Assembly (NCBI GenBank): GCA_963815115.1
Contig: CAWFFN010000005.1
Coordinates: 1,728,001-1,792,000 of the forward strand
DNA: 64,000 nt
Origin: an uncultured delta proteobacterium
GTDB taxonomy: Bacteria; Desulfobacterota; Binatia; DP-6
Direction: 5' to 3'
Below, piece by piece: positions 1 to 14,130 of the stretch. Position numbers and translations under genes: made by a program. The notes beneath the pieces are model-generated. The model saw nothing but the letters and a program-made list of their open reading frames with translations. It was not told the origin of the DNA and ran no database searches. Position 1 is the first letter of the stretch. Every line of letters begins with the position of its first letter.

Positions 1-705
1 CCCGCGTTCCGCCGCATCCATCCGCTCGCCGCCCGCTTGCCGGAGGAGTGCCTCATCATCACGAGCCACTCGTTCCTCAGCTTCCAGTTCCAGACCAGCC
101 ATGACGTGCCGCGCTACCAGGCCTGGCTCGAGGCCCAGGATCTGCGCCCGTCCTACGAAGAGCATCGCAGCTTCCTGCAGCATCTCCAGTGGCGCTGGCG
201 GGGCGAGCGCTGGGTGCTCAAAGCGCCGGCGCACCTCTTCGGCATCCGCGCGTTGCTCCAGGTGTATCCCGATGCGGGGGTCATCCTCACCCACCGCGAT
301 CCGCTCGAGGTGGTCGGCTCGCTCGCCAGCCTCACCACCGCGCTCCGCAGCACGTTCAGCGACGAGGTCGACGCGGAGCGGGTCGGACCCGAGATGACGC
401 GACGCTGGGCCGAAGGCCTGGATCGGGCGCTGCGGGTGCGCGACGAGGGCATCGTCTCCGCCGACCGGTTCTTCGACGTGCGCTACGTCGACCTGCTGCG
501 GGATCCGTTCGGCACGGTGCGCCGCATCTACCGGCACTTCGACCTCGCCCTCACGCCCTGGGCCGAGGAGCGCATGCGCCGGTTCCTCGCCCAGCACCCG
601 AAGGACAAGCACGGGCGCCACGGCTACACGCTGGCGGAGTTCGGCCTCGATCGCGACGAGGAAGCGGCGCGCTACCAGGCCTACCGCGAGCGCTTCGGGC
701 TCTGA
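1..705 (+). CDS. Sulfotransferase family protein (Sulfotransfer_3-like), 5' truncated by window edge
   Basis: WVLKAPAHL, ILTHRDP and DVRYVDLLRDP motifs; C-terminal HGYTLAEFGL as in actinobacterial-type sulfotransferases. Confidence 0.8.
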   Translation, partial: PAFRRIHPLAARLPEECLIITSHSFLSFQFQTSHDVPRYQAWLEAQDLRPSYEEHRSFLQHLQWRWRGERWVLKAPAHLFGIRALLQVYPDAGVILTHRDPLEVVGSLASLTTALRSTFSDEVDAERVGPEMTRRWAEGLDRALRVRDEGIVSADRFFDVRYVDLLRDPFGTVRRIYRHFDLALTPWAEERMRRFLAQHPKDKHGRHGYTLAEFGLDRDEEAARYQAYRERFGL

Positions 706-728
706 GCGTCTGCCCGGCCCAAGAGGGC

Positions 729-774
729 TTGACGGGCGCGGGCCAGATTGCGTAGTAGTGCTACGTACTACGCA
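729..774 (+). promoter_or_regulatory. Putative promoter with inverted-repeat operator
   Basis: TTGACG at 729-734; 9-bp inverted repeat TGCGTAGTA(749-757)-N8-TACTACGCA(766-774) upstream of RBS GGAGG. Confidence 0.6.
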
Positions 775-811
775 CGGCGGCCGCGCCCTCGGCGGCCAAG
801 GAGGCAGCTCG

Positions 812-1894
812 ATGGCAGCCGGAATGCAGACCACCGATCGCTATGCCCGCACCGCGGCCGGGGTGCAGTGGAACGTCCCCGGGACCTTCGAGACGACCTT
901 CCGCTGGGAGTACCAGGACGGCCGCGACTCGCTGCTCAAGCTCTACGCCAAGGGCAAGCAGCGGCAGTGGGACGCCGACGACCGCATCGACTGGTCGCAG
1001 GACCTGGACCCGGAGAACCCCGAGCAGCTGCCGGACGAGTCGATCCCCATCTTCGGCTCGGCCCCGTTCGAGCGCCTGACGCCCGCCGAGCTCGCCAAGC
1101 TGCGCCGGCACTTCCAGGCGTGGCAGCTCTCGCAGTTCATGCACGGGGAGCAAGGGGCCCTCATCTGCACGGCGAAGATCGTGCAGCAGGTGCCGAGCAT
1201 CGACGCCAAGTTCTACGCGGCGACGCAGGTGATCGACGAGGCGCGCCACGTCGAGGCGTATTCCCGCCTCCTGCACGACAAGTTCGAGCTCGCCTATCCG
1301 ATCACGCCGACGCTCCAGCGCCTGCTCGACGACGTGCTCAGCGACTCGCGCTGGGACATGACGTACCTCGGCATGCAGGTCCTCATCGAGGGGCTCGCGC
1401 TCGCCGCCTTCGCGATGATCCGCGACCAGTCGCAGAACCCGCTCGCGGCGTCGGTGAACGCCTACGTGATGCAGGACGAGGCGCGCCACGTGGCCTTCGG
1501 CCGCTTCGCTCTGCGCGACTACTATCCGACCCTCAGCCAGGCCGAGCGCGACGAGCGCGAGGAGTTCGCAGTCGAGGCGTGCTATCTCATGCGCGACCGC
1601 TTCCAGGCCGAGGAGGTGTGGGAGACCCTCGGCCTGCCGGTCGCCGAGTGTGCCGCCCACATGCTCGAGTCCGGCTTCATGCAGCGCTATCGCTCCGCGC
1701 TCTTCAGCCGCATCGTGCCGGTGATCAAGGACATCGGGCTGTGGGGGCCGAAGATCCGCAAGGGCTACGAGCAGATGGGCATCCTCGGCTACGCCGACGT
1801 CGACCCGAGCACGCTCAGCGCGCGCGACGAGGAGGTGGCGCAGGAGTTCGATGCCCGGCGCGAGGAGGTCCTGCGGGTCGCTCGGGCGGGATGA
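812..1894 (+). CDS. Ferritin-like diiron protein (AurF/N-oxygenase-like family)
   Basis: Two DEARH (ExxH) motifs plus HGEQGAL and IEGLA ligand segments; RBS GGAGG before ATG 812. Confidence 0.8.
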   Translation: MAAGMQTTDRYARTAAGVQWNVPGTFETTFRWEYQDGRDSLLKLYAKGKQRQWDADDRIDWSQDLDPENPEQLPDESIPIFGSAPFERLTPAELAKLRRHFQAWQLSQFMHGEQGALICTAKIVQQVPSIDAKFYAATQVIDEARHVEAYSRLLHDKFELAYPITPTLQRLLDDVLSDSRWDMTYLGMQVLIEGLALAAFAMIRDQSQNPLAASVNAYVMQDEARHVAFGRFALRDYYPTLSQAERDEREEFAVEACYLMRDRFQAEEVWETLGLPVAECAAHMLESGFMQRYRSALFSRIVPVIKDIGLWGPKIRKGYEQMGILGYADVDPSTLSARDEEVAQEFDARREEVLRVARAG

Positions 1895-2646
1895 CGCGCA
1901 GGAAGCGCCTCAGGATGCGGGACCTGGAGCGGGCGACCGGCGTCGGCCGGGAGACCATCCGGTTCTACATCCGCGAAGGGCTGCTGCCGGAGCCGGAACG
2001 GCCCGGCCGCAACGTCGCCTGGTACGACGAGTCCTTCGTCGAGCGCATCGCGGTGGTGAAGGAGCTGCAGCGCAAGCGCTACCTGCCGCTGCACGCCATC
2101 AAGGCGCTGATCGCCAGCGAGACGCCGCCGTCGCGCGCGGAGGTGGAGACCCTGCAGGCGATCGACGGCACCCTCTACCCCGGGGCCGCTGCCGCTCCGA
2201 CCCGCGTGTCCGAGGTGGCCCGGCGGACCGGTCTGTCGCCGGGCGAGATCCGCCGGCTCGAGGAGATCGGAGCCATCGAGATCGCCGTGCGGCGCGGAAC
2301 GCAGTGGCTCGAGAGCGAAGCCGTCCGTTTCGTCGAGCGCTGGGCGGCGCTCCGCCGTGCCGGCTATGCCGATGCGCTGGGCTTCGGGCCGGACAAGCTC
2401 CGGGTCTACGTCGACTTCGTGCGCTGGCTCGCGCGCGAGGAGCTGCGCATCTTCGCCCACGGCGTGACCGGACGCGTCGATCGTGAGACCGCGGCCCGCA
2501 TGGCGGAGCAGGGCATCGACATCGTCAACGAGCTCATCGGATCGATGCGCAAGGCGACGCTGCTGCGGTACATCGCCGAGGGGAACCTGCCGGAGGCCGC
2601 CTCGGTGCCCAGCCCGGTCCGCGCCGCGCGCGGGCCCCGCTCGTAG
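1891..2646 (+). CDS. MerR-family transcriptional regulator with a second HTH-like segment
   Basis: MRDLERATGVGRETIRFYIREGLL; second motif VSEVARRTGLSPGEIRRLEEIG; ATGA overlap with upstream stop. Confidence 0.85.
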   Translation: MTRRKRLRMRDLERATGVGRETIRFYIREGLLPEPERPGRNVAWYDESFVERIAVVKELQRKRYLPLHAIKALIASETPPSRAEVETLQAIDGTLYPGAAAAPTRVSEVARRTGLSPGEIRRLEEIGAIEIAVRRGTQWLESEAVRFVERWAALRRAGYADALGFGPDKLRVYVDFVRWLAREELRIFAHGVTGRVDRETAARMAEQGIDIVNELIGSMRKATLLRYIAEGNLPEAASVPSPVRAARGPRS

Positions 2647-2698
2647 CGTCCGTCCCGTCGACGGCGCTCGGATGGCCGGCGGCCCGACGGGAGAGTCG

Positions 2699-3616
2699 AT
2701 GCGTGAGGCGCCGTTGCCGCGCTTCGTCGTCTTCGGCGAGGCGCTCACCGATCTGCTGCGACAGGACGACGGCGTCCACTGGCTCGGGCGGCCGGGCGGC
2801 TCACCGTGGAACCTGGCGCGCGTCGCGGCGCGGCTCGGCATCGCCACGGGCTTCGCCGGCGCGGTGAGCCGGGACGTCTTCGGCGCGGAGATCCGCCAGC
2901 GCAGCGTGGAAGCCGGCCTCGATTCGCGTTTCCTGCAGCAGGTCGATCGCTCGCCGCTGCTGGCGTTCGTCTCCTCGACCCGGCCGCCGCGCTACTTCTT
3001 CGTCGGCGACGACAGCGCGGACCTTCATTTCGCGCCCGATCGCCTTCCGCGCGGCTGGATGGAAGCGGCGCACGTGGTCCACTTCGGCTCGATCAGCCTC
3101 GCGCGCGAGCCACTCGCCGGGCGGCTCGTGGCGCTGGCCGAGCGCTGCCGCGCCGCCGACCTGCGCATCACCTTCGACCCGAACCACCGCGTCGCCATGG
3201 GGAGGGAGTACGGCGAGACGTTCGAGCGCATGGTCCGGCTCGCGGACCTGGTGAAGCTGTCCGACGAGGACCTGGCCCAGCTCCTGCCCGGGCGTTCCGC
3301 CGACGGGGCTCTCGCGATGCTGCGGGCGTGGAACCCGCACGCGCTCGTGCTCTACACCTGCGGGAGTGCCGGCATGCGGCTCCTCACCCCCACCGCGACC
3401 CATGTCCGGCCGGCGTTCCCGGTGACGGTGGCCGACCCGGTCGGCGCCGGGGACGCCTGTCTCGGGGGCTGGGTGGCGAGCTGGCTGGCGCGCCCGACCG
3501 CGCCGCCGACGGCGCACCTCGCCTTCGCCGCCGCGACGGCGGCAGCGGCGTGCCGCCACCCGGGAGCGTACGCACCGAGCCGGGAGGAGGTCGAGGACGT
3601 GCTGGCGCGATCATGA
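2699..3616 (+). CDS. PfkB-family carbohydrate kinase (fructokinase-like)
   Basis: VFGEALTD, PGGSPWN, FDPNHR, DPVGAGDA signatures. Confidence 0.85.
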   Translation: MREAPLPRFVVFGEALTDLLRQDDGVHWLGRPGGSPWNLARVAARLGIATGFAGAVSRDVFGAEIRQRSVEAGLDSRFLQQVDRSPLLAFVSSTRPPRYFFVGDDSADLHFAPDRLPRGWMEAAHVVHFGSISLAREPLAGRLVALAERCRAADLRITFDPNHRVAMGREYGETFERMVRLADLVKLSDEDLAQLLPGRSADGALAMLRAWNPHALVLYTCGSAGMRLLTPTATHVRPAFPVTVADPVGAGDACLGGWVASWLARPTAPPTAHLAFAAATAAAACRHPGAYAPSREEVEDVLARS

Positions 3617-4806
3617 TCGTGCCCGATTTCCGCAGCCGCGCCTTCCTCGTGGACCACGTCCGCCAGACGATGGCCTTCTACCATCCGCGCTGCGTCGACC
3701 GCAGCGGCGGGTTCTTTCACTTCCTGCGTGACGACGGGACGGTGTACGACGCCCACACCCGTCACCTCGTCTCCAGCACGCGCTTCGTCGTCAACTTCGC
3801 GATGGCGTGGAGGCACCTCCGCGAGCCGCGCTGGGCCGAGGCGCTGGAGCACGGCATCACCTTCCTGCGCGACGTCCATCGCGACCCACGGACCGGCGGC
3901 TACACCTGGGTGCTGTCCTGGGAGGCGGGGCGGGCGACGCCCATCGACGCCACCAACCACTGCTACGGTCTCGCCTTCGTCGTGCTGGCCTATGCCCACG
4001 CGCTCCTTGCCGGCGTCGAGGAGGCGCGCGGCCACCTCGACGAGACGATCGCCCTGCTCGAGGCGCGATTCTGGGAGGAGGCGGCCGGGCTCTATGCCGA
4101 CGAGGCGAGCGCCGACTGGACCGTACTCGCGCCGTACCGGGGTCAGAACGCGAACATGCACGCCTGCGAGGCCATGCTCGCCGCGTGGGAGGCGACCGGT
4201 GACGTGCGCCATCTCGACCGCGCCGAGACGCTCGCGCGCAACGTCACCATGCGGCAGGCGGCACTCGCGGGCGGCCTCGTGTGGGAGCACTACCACCCCG
4301 GCTGGACCGTCGACTGGGAGTACAACCGCCACGACCGATCGAACTTCTTCCGTCCCTGGGGATACCAGCCGGGCCACCTGGCGGAGTGGGCCAAGCTCCT
4401 CCTGATCCTCGACCGGCACCGGCCCGCCGACTGGCTGCTGCCTCGCGCGGTGGCGCTCTTCGGCGCGGCGCTGGAGCGCGGCTGGGACGCCCGGCACGGC
4501 GGCGTCGTGTATGGCGTCGCCCCCGACGGCGCCGTCTGCGACGACGACAAGTACTTCTGGGTGCAGGCCGAGTCGCTCGCGGCCGCGGCGCTGCTCGCAG
4601 CGCACACCGGCGCGACCGAGTACTGGGAGTGGTACGATCGCATCTGGGCCTACTGCTGGGAGCACTTCGTGGACCACCGCCATGGCGCGTGGTACCGCAT
4701 CCTGACGCGCGACAACCGCAAGTACTCGGACGAGAAGAGCCCGGCGGGGAAGGTGGACTACCACACCATGGGCGCGTGCTGGGAGGTCCTGAACGTCGTG
4801 CCGTGA
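3613..4806 (+). CDS. AGE-family epimerase/isomerase (mannose isomerase/YihS-like)
   Basis: RGQNANMHACEA, QPGHLAEW, YFWVQAE, GKVDYHTMGAC; ATGA overlap with kinase. Confidence 0.85.
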   Translation: MIVPDFRSRAFLVDHVRQTMAFYHPRCVDRSGGFFHFLRDDGTVYDAHTRHLVSSTRFVVNFAMAWRHLREPRWAEALEHGITFLRDVHRDPRTGGYTWVLSWEAGRATPIDATNHCYGLAFVVLAYAHALLAGVEEARGHLDETIALLEARFWEEAAGLYADEASADWTVLAPYRGQNANMHACEAMLAAWEATGDVRHLDRAETLARNVTMRQAALAGGLVWEHYHPGWTVDWEYNRHDRSNFFRPWGYQPGHLAEWAKLLLILDRHRPADWLLPRAVALFGAALERGWDARHGGVVYGVAPDGAVCDDDKYFWVQAESLAAAALLAAHTGATEYWEWYDRIWAYCWEHFVDHRHGAWYRILTRDNRKYSDEKSPAGKVDYHTMGACWEVLNVVP

Positions 4807-4953
4807 CGAGGGGCGCGGCTGCCCTGCCGCGCGCCGGTCGTTGCATGCCCGAAACGGTCCCGCCGGATGGGGGGCCGATGAGCGGCACGGCCCCCGTCGC
4901 CGAAGCCTGACACGGCGGATGAATTGCGCTAGAGAGCGCCGCGTGAGGACGAC

Positions 4954-6376
<1,423 letters not shown>

Positions 6377-6465
6377 GGCGCGGTGAAGGCGCCCTGATGC
6401 GGGCGGCAAGCACGGATAATTTGACTCCTTCGGCTCGCGATCTACGCTGAGGCAGGAAGGGTTTC

Positions 6466-7128
6466 ATGGGCGCGCCGCGGACGTTTCTCGGCTCCACAAT
6501 CGGCAAGAAGGTCGTCATGGCCGCCAGCGGGACGATCCTCGCGGGCTTCGTGCTCGCCCACATGCTCGGGAACCTGCAGCTCTATCTCGGAGCGGAAGCC
6601 CTCGACGCGTACTCCGTGGCCCTGCGCGAGGTCCTGCACGGGGCCGGCCTGTGGATCGCTCGGGCCGTCCTGCTCTCGGCGCTCGTGCTGCACGTCTGGG
6701 CAGCCGCGTCGCTGACGCTCGCCGATCGCGCCGCCCGTCCCGTCGGCTACCGCGAGTGGGAGCCGCGCGAGTCGACCTATGCCTCGCGAACGATGCGCTG
6801 GAGCGGCGTGCTGCTGTTCGCCTTCGTGATCTACCACCTCCTCGATTTCACCTTCGGCACGGTCAATCCGAGCTTCCAGGACCGAAACGTCTTCCACAAC
6901 GTGGTGGCGAGCTTCCGGGTGGTGCCGGTCGCGATGCTCTACATCGCCGCGATGCTGCTCCTGTGGCTGCACCTGCGTCACGGGATGTGGAGCATGCTGC
7001 GCACGCTCGGCCTCGGCCACCCGCGCTACGAGCGCATCGCCCATCGCTTCGCGGCGGGCTTCGCGACGGTGGTGGTGGCGGGCAACGTGTCGTTCCCGCT
7101 CGCGGTGCTGTTCGGATTCGTCAGGTAG
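6466..7128 (+). CDS. sdhC: Succinate dehydrogenase/fumarate reductase cytochrome b subunit
   Basis: [21 protein letters not shown], several TM helices; first gene of sdhCAB. Confidence 0.9.
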   Translation: MGAPRTFLGSTIGKKVVMAASGTILAGFVLAHMLGNLQLYLGAEALDAYSVALREVLHGAGLWIARAVLLSALVLHVWAAASLTLADRAARPVGYREWEPRESTYASRTMRWSGVLLFAFVIYHLLDFTFGTVNPSFQDRNVFHNVVASFRVVPVAMLYIAAMLLLWLHLRHGMWSMLRTLGLGHPRYERIAHRFAAGFATVVVAGNVSFPLAVLFGFVR

Positions 7129-7135
7129 CCCGGGC

Positions 7136-9831
<2,696 letters not shown>

Positions 9832-9841
9832 CGGCGGGCGG

Positions 9842-10414
9842 CTACGAGCGCGGGCGGCGCCGCGCCGGCTTCCGGCGTTTGGCGGCGTGCGGCTTCGCTG
9901 CGCGTGCCTTGCCGGCAGCGCTCGCCCTCGGGGGCGGCATGCGAATCGCCTGCGGGCGAGGCGGCTCGTCGGACGGCGTCAGCTCCTTCCAGTCGAGGTA
10001 GCGCTGGATGCCCGCGGCGCACAGCCGCCAGGCGATGTCGAGCACGAGGGCATCGTCGGCGGTGCCGGCCCGCGGGATGAAGTCGGGGATCACGTCCATC
10101 GGCTCGAGATAGTAGAAGAGGGCGGTCGTCAGAATGCTGACGGTCTGGTACGGAATCTGCGGACACGAGGCGCGCGCGTGATCCGCGAGCAGATGGAGCG
10201 CGACCCGCGCACGCTGCGCCAGGACCGGATGGACGGCCCGCTCCCCGCTCAGGCGCTCCCGGACCCGATCGCTCTGGGCGAGCAGGGCCGTGACGTCGGC
10301 GGGCGCGATGATCGCGGCGCGCGTGAGGAGATGTCGCTCGAAGTCCTCCGGCGTCAGGAGCGCGGTGGTGCGAGGGGCCCCCGAGGTGCGGCTGTGAGGC
10401 AGCGTGCGGGCCAT
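9842..10414 (-). CDS. YkvA/DUF1232-family protein with basic C-terminal tail
   Basis: ALFYYLEPMDVIPDFIPRAGTADD motif. Confidence 0.75.
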   Translation of the reverse strand: MARTLPHSRTSGAPRTTALLTPEDFERHLLTRAAIIAPADVTALLAQSDRVRERLSGERAVHPVLAQRARVALHLLADHARASCPQIPYQTVSILTTALFYYLEPMDVIPDFIPRAGTADDALVLDIAWRLCAAGIQRYLDWKELTPSDEPPRPQAIRMPPPRASAAGKARAAKPHAAKRRKPARRRPRS

Positions 10415-10602
10415 CGCGGGTCACAAGCACTGTTCCTGCGTTGCAGTCAACTGCCCCGGCAGGCCGGACCATGGCCGGTAGCGCACTCCTCCGGTGCGGA
10501 GCAGGGGATCTGCAGCCGGCATGGCGGCGTCGAGTCGTGGACCGATCGGCCACGGTAGCGAGCGGCTGGGCAAGCCGGCGGCGCCCCGCGCGGGGCGCCG
10601 CC

Positions 10603-11556
10603 TCAGTGCCAGACGTCGTTCAGGACCATCGCGAGGCGCGCCCCCGCCTTTGCCAGCTGCTCCTCGACCACGGGGATCGCGGCGTCGGCATAGGCCTGCT
10701 CCAGCTCCTCGTGATAGGTGCGCCAGTGGTCGGAGATGTGCTCCTCGTCGCATCGGGCCACGTCGCCGGATTCGACAGGTAGCGGAACGGGAAGCTTGCC
10801 GTAGACCACCTCGTCGGCGATCCGGTTGCTCTCCTGGGCCCATGTCACCGGGGTGCCGCGCTGCCACGAGGCGAATCGATCGGCGAAGCGAGCGTCGAGC
10901 GTCTGTGCATACTGCTGCACCGTCGCGCCCGCCATCGCCTTCTTGACCAGATCCGTGTCCCATACCGAGTGCAGATTCGGCCGCCAGTCGCCGTGGCTGG
11001 ACTGCGGGTCGGGGTGCGCCCGCTGCGCGAAGAAGTCGACGGGGACACAGTTGCCGCCGCGGTCCCGGTTGGTCGTGCAGTGGAGGGGCTGGTGCACGTC
11101 GCCGACGAAGTGCACCACGTACATGAGGGCGTTCGCGCGCTCCTGTCCGGGCCGGCGCGTGTCTTCGAGGACGTGAAGCTGATCCGTGATCGCGGACGTC
11201 ACGCAGCCGGCCGGTGGGCAGAACGGCGCCGCCGGACTCGTGGCGCTCGTGCCTCGCGGGATGTCGAGGAAGTGCCACGGAGCGGTCGTCGGCACGACGC
11301 TGCGGACGTCGTCGGCCCACGTCGACACGTTGGCGAGGGGCTCGAGGTCCCTCACGTTGCATCTCCGCGACACGAAGATCACGGCCGACGGCTGCCCGAT
11401 GAGGGCCGTGACCTGGTGCGTCGCCGCCGGATGGAGATGGCGGCTCGCGATGTACGCGACGATCTCGTGGCCGTCGCAGCCCCACGGCCAGGCCGGCCGG
11501 GCCGCCAGATCGAGCACCAAGCCGAGGAGGGTCAGCGCCGCACGGATGCCGCCCAC
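10603..11556 (-). CDS. S1/P1 nuclease (probably secreted)
   Basis: WGCDGH, TWADD, WHFLD, HFVGDVHQPLH, GGN, NLHSVWD; signal-like N-terminus; start approximate (GTG 11556). Confidence 0.88.
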   Translation of the reverse strand: MGGIRAALTLLGLVLDLAARPAWPWGCDGHEIVAYIASRHLHPAATHQVTALIGQPSAVIFVSRRCNVRDLEPLANVSTWADDVRSVVPTTAPWHFLDIPRGTSATSPAAPFCPPAGCVTSAITDQLHVLEDTRRPGQERANALMYVVHFVGDVHQPLHCTTNRDRGGNCVPVDFFAQRAHPDPQSSHGDWRPNLHSVWDTDLVKKAMAGATVQQYAQTLDARFADRFASWQRGTPVTWAQESNRIADEVVYGKLPVPLPVESGDVARCDEEHISDHWRTYHEELEQAYADAAIPVVEEQLAKAGARLAMVLNDVWH

Positions 11557-11560
11557 CCGG

Positions 11561-11971
11561 TCACTCCCGCACCGGGACCACGGCGACGTCGATCGTCGCC
11601 GTCGTGCCCCCACCGGTCAGCACCGCGTTGTGGGTATCGCTCACGAAGAGCAGGCGGTCGCGTGTGCGGATGCGCGCCGACACCGTGTAACGATGGCCGG
11701 CTCGCAGGGTCGCCGGGTCGTACCGCATCGCGAAGCGGAACGGCGGCTGCCGTCCCTGGGTGGGGATCTCCTGGCGCGCGAGAACGATCGCCGGCGCGTC
11801 CGCGCGTGACACGTCGAGGAGCTGCACCTCGACGACGGCGTCCGGTGGCAGCGTCATGCGCTCCGGCGGGCGGACGGTCCCCGCGACCGTGGCGGCCGGG
11901 AGCTGCGGTCCGCGTCCGGTGCAGGCGACCGCGAGCAGCAGGCCGAGGACGACGGCGTCGGGTGCCGTCAC
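11561..11971 (-). CDS. YbaY-family lipoprotein
   Basis: Lipobox-like LAVAC; LPPDAVVEVQLLDVSRADAPA, QPPFRF, YTVSARI; start approximate. Confidence 0.8.
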   Translation of the reverse strand: MTAPDAVVLGLLLAVACTGRGPQLPAATVAGTVRPPERMTLPPDAVVEVQLLDVSRADAPAIVLARQEIPTQGRQPPFRFAMRYDPATLRAGHRYTVSARIRTRDRLLFVSDTHNAVLTGGGTTATIDVAVVPVRE

Positions 11972-12143
11972 GAGCCTCGCGTTCCGACGACGGGCGCGAG
12001 CGGGCAGCGCGGGTGGCGTGACGCTCCTCGACAAGGTCGCGCGGGCCGTATCATTCGCTCCGGTACGTCGCAAGGCGGCGGAGCGCGAGTGCAGGCCGGC
12101 GGCCGGTTGAATCCATGCAGGCGAGTGGTCTACTTCCGGCCCC

Positions 12144-13472
12144 GTGCCGCGATCGAGCAACGCTCCCGAGCGCATCTCGCCCGAGGCCGCGGCCGCGCTC
12201 GTGCGCTCGGACGACTGGGTCGACTACGGCTTCGGGCTCGGGCAGCCTGATCTCTTCGACGCTGCGCTGGCGGCGCGGGCCGCCGAGCTGCACGGCGTGA
12301 AGGTCCGCTCGTGCTTCTCGCTGCGCCCGCGGGCGGTGCTCGAGGCCGATCCTGCGGGCGACCACTTCCTGTGGTTCAACTGGCACTTCTCGGGCTACGA
12401 CCGCCGGCAGCACGATCGCGGCCGGTGCAACTACATTCCGATGAACTTCGGCGAGGCGCCGGACTACTACCGCCGCTTCATCGAGCGCGTCGACGTCGCC
12501 TGCATCAAGACCTGCCCGATGGACGCCCACGGGTACTTCAACTTCGGCGCCGCCGCCACCTACCAGAAGGCGATGGTGGAACGAGCGCGTATCGTGATCG
12601 TCGAGACCTGCGAGGCGATGCCGTACGTCTTCGGCCAGGAGGCCGCGGTGCACGCCAGCGAGGTCGACTTCGTGATCGACGGGGGCACCGGCTCGATCCC
12701 GGAGGTCGAGAACCCAGCGGCGACGGAGGTCGACCACAAGGTCGCCGCGCTCATCGCGGCCGAGGTCGAGGACGGCGCGTGTCTGCAGATCGGAATCGGC
12801 GGCATGCCGAACGCCGTCTGCACGCTCCTGCGGGATGCCGGCGTGCGCGATCTGGGTATCCACACCGAGATGCTGGTCGACGGCATGATCGACCTCGTGG
12901 AGGCGGGTCTGGTGAGCGGGGCGCGCAAGACGATCAACCCCTACCAGGTGGTCTTCACGTTCGCCGCGGGATCGCATCGCCAGTACGCCTTCATCGACCG
13001 CAACCCCGCGGTCCACGCCTCGCCCGTCGACTACACCAACCTGCCGCAGAACATCATGCGCAACGACCGCGTCGTGTCGATCAACAACACGACCGAGATC
13101 GATCTCCAGGGGCAGGCAGCGTCGGAAACGGCCGGTCATCGGCATCTGACCGGGACCGGCGGCCAGCTCCAGTTCGTGCGCGGAGCCTACGCCTCGCGCG
13201 GCGGCAAGTCGTTCATGTGCCTCGCCTCCACCTGGGAGCGCGGAGGCGAGCGCAAGAGCCGGATCGTGTGCACGCTCACACGGGGCAACGTCGTCACCAC
13301 GCCGCGCACGGACGTCATGTACGTGGTCACGGAGTACGGCATCGTGAACCTGAAGGGAAAGTCCGTGGCGGAACGCGCGAAGGCGCTCGTCGCGATCGCC
13401 CATCCCGACTTCCGCGAGGAGCTCGAGCGGGGGGCGCGCGAGAGCGGCGTGCTGCCCAAGGGCTTCGCGTGA
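12144..13472 (+). CDS. Acetyl-CoA hydrolase/transferase family (4-hydroxybutyrate or butyryl-CoA CoA-transferase-like)
   Basis: LQIGIGGMPN, DLGIHTEM, GTGGQLQFVRGA, VVTEYG, IAHPDFR. Confidence 0.88.
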   Translation: MPRSSNAPERISPEAAAALVRSDDWVDYGFGLGQPDLFDAALAARAAELHGVKVRSCFSLRPRAVLEADPAGDHFLWFNWHFSGYDRRQHDRGRCNYIPMNFGEAPDYYRRFIERVDVACIKTCPMDAHGYFNFGAAATYQKAMVERARIVIVETCEAMPYVFGQEAAVHASEVDFVIDGGTGSIPEVENPAATEVDHKVAALIAAEVEDGACLQIGIGGMPNAVCTLLRDAGVRDLGIHTEMLVDGMIDLVEAGLVSGARKTINPYQVVFTFAAGSHRQYAFIDRNPAVHASPVDYTNLPQNIMRNDRVVSINNTTEIDLQGQAASETAGHRHLTGTGGQLQFVRGAYASRGGKSFMCLASTWERGGERKSRIVCTLTRGNVVTTPRTDVMYVVTEYGIVNLKGKSVAERAKALVAIAHPDFREELERGARESGVLPKGFA

Positions 13473-13485
13473 CCTGCGCCCGCCC

Positions 13486-13863
13486 ATGGTGACGATGGCC
13501 GAGGCCCGCCGGCTGGCGCTGTCTTTCCCCGAGACGACGGAGGAGGACCATCACGGCATCCCGTCGTTCCGGGTGGGCAACAAGATCTTCGCGACGGTGC
13601 CCGACGGCCAGCACGTGCGCGTGATGCTGGATGCGGACGCCACGCGCGCGGCGATCGGCGACGATCCGGCCGCCTTCGAGGAGCTGTGGTGGGGGAAGAA
13701 GCTCAGCGGCGTGACGGTGACCCTGGCGCGCGCCGACCACCGGCGGGTGACCGCGCTGCTCGAGGAAGCCTGGCGGCGGATCGCGCCCAGACGCCTGCTG
13801 ATCTCGCCGGACCTCGACAGCCGGCGCAGCGGCTCGCCGCGCCGCGCCCGTAGCCGCCCCTAA
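13486..13863 (+). CDS. MmcQ/YjbR-family protein
   Basis: ARRLALSFPE, PSFRVGNKIFA, LLEEAWR. Confidence 0.75.
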   Translation: MVTMAEARRLALSFPETTEEDHHGIPSFRVGNKIFATVPDGQHVRVMLDADATRAAIGDDPAAFEELWWGKKLSGVTVTLARADHRRVTALLEEAWRRIAPRRLLISPDLDSRRSGSPRRARSRP

Positions 13864-13994
13864 CGCAGGGTCAGCACCATCGCCGCGATCACGACCCCGA
13901 GCGCGGACGTCATCGCGACGGCCGCGAGCGGGCTGTCGAGAAACAGATCGATGATCCCGTAGAGCGGCTCCGTCAAAGCTCCCAGCCAGTCCAT
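13860..13994 (-). CDS. Small (44 aa) single-TM protein, absent from the ORF track
   Basis: MDWLGALTEPLYGIIDLFLDSPLAAVAMTSALGVVIAAMVLTLR; sigma54-like motif just upstream. Confidence 0.55.
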   Translation of the reverse strand: MDWLGALTEPLYGIIDLFLDSPLAAVAMTSALGVVIAAMVLTLR

Positions 13995-14007
13995 GGTCTC
14001 TTCCAAA

Positions 14008-14023
14008 CGCAATCGTCGTGCCA
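14008..14023 (-). promoter_or_regulatory. Sigma54 (-24/-12) promoter
   Basis: Minus strand TGGCACGACGATTGCG matches TGGCAC-N5-TTGC. Confidence 0.7.
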
Positions 14024-14130
14024 CGGGCGGCGAGCGCTAGTGACGCGATTTCGCTGGCCGCGGCCCGGCCTCTGCATGGCGGGCGCTGCACGCCCGCAAC
14101 GGGTGGTGCAGTGACGCCGCTGCACGCGGA

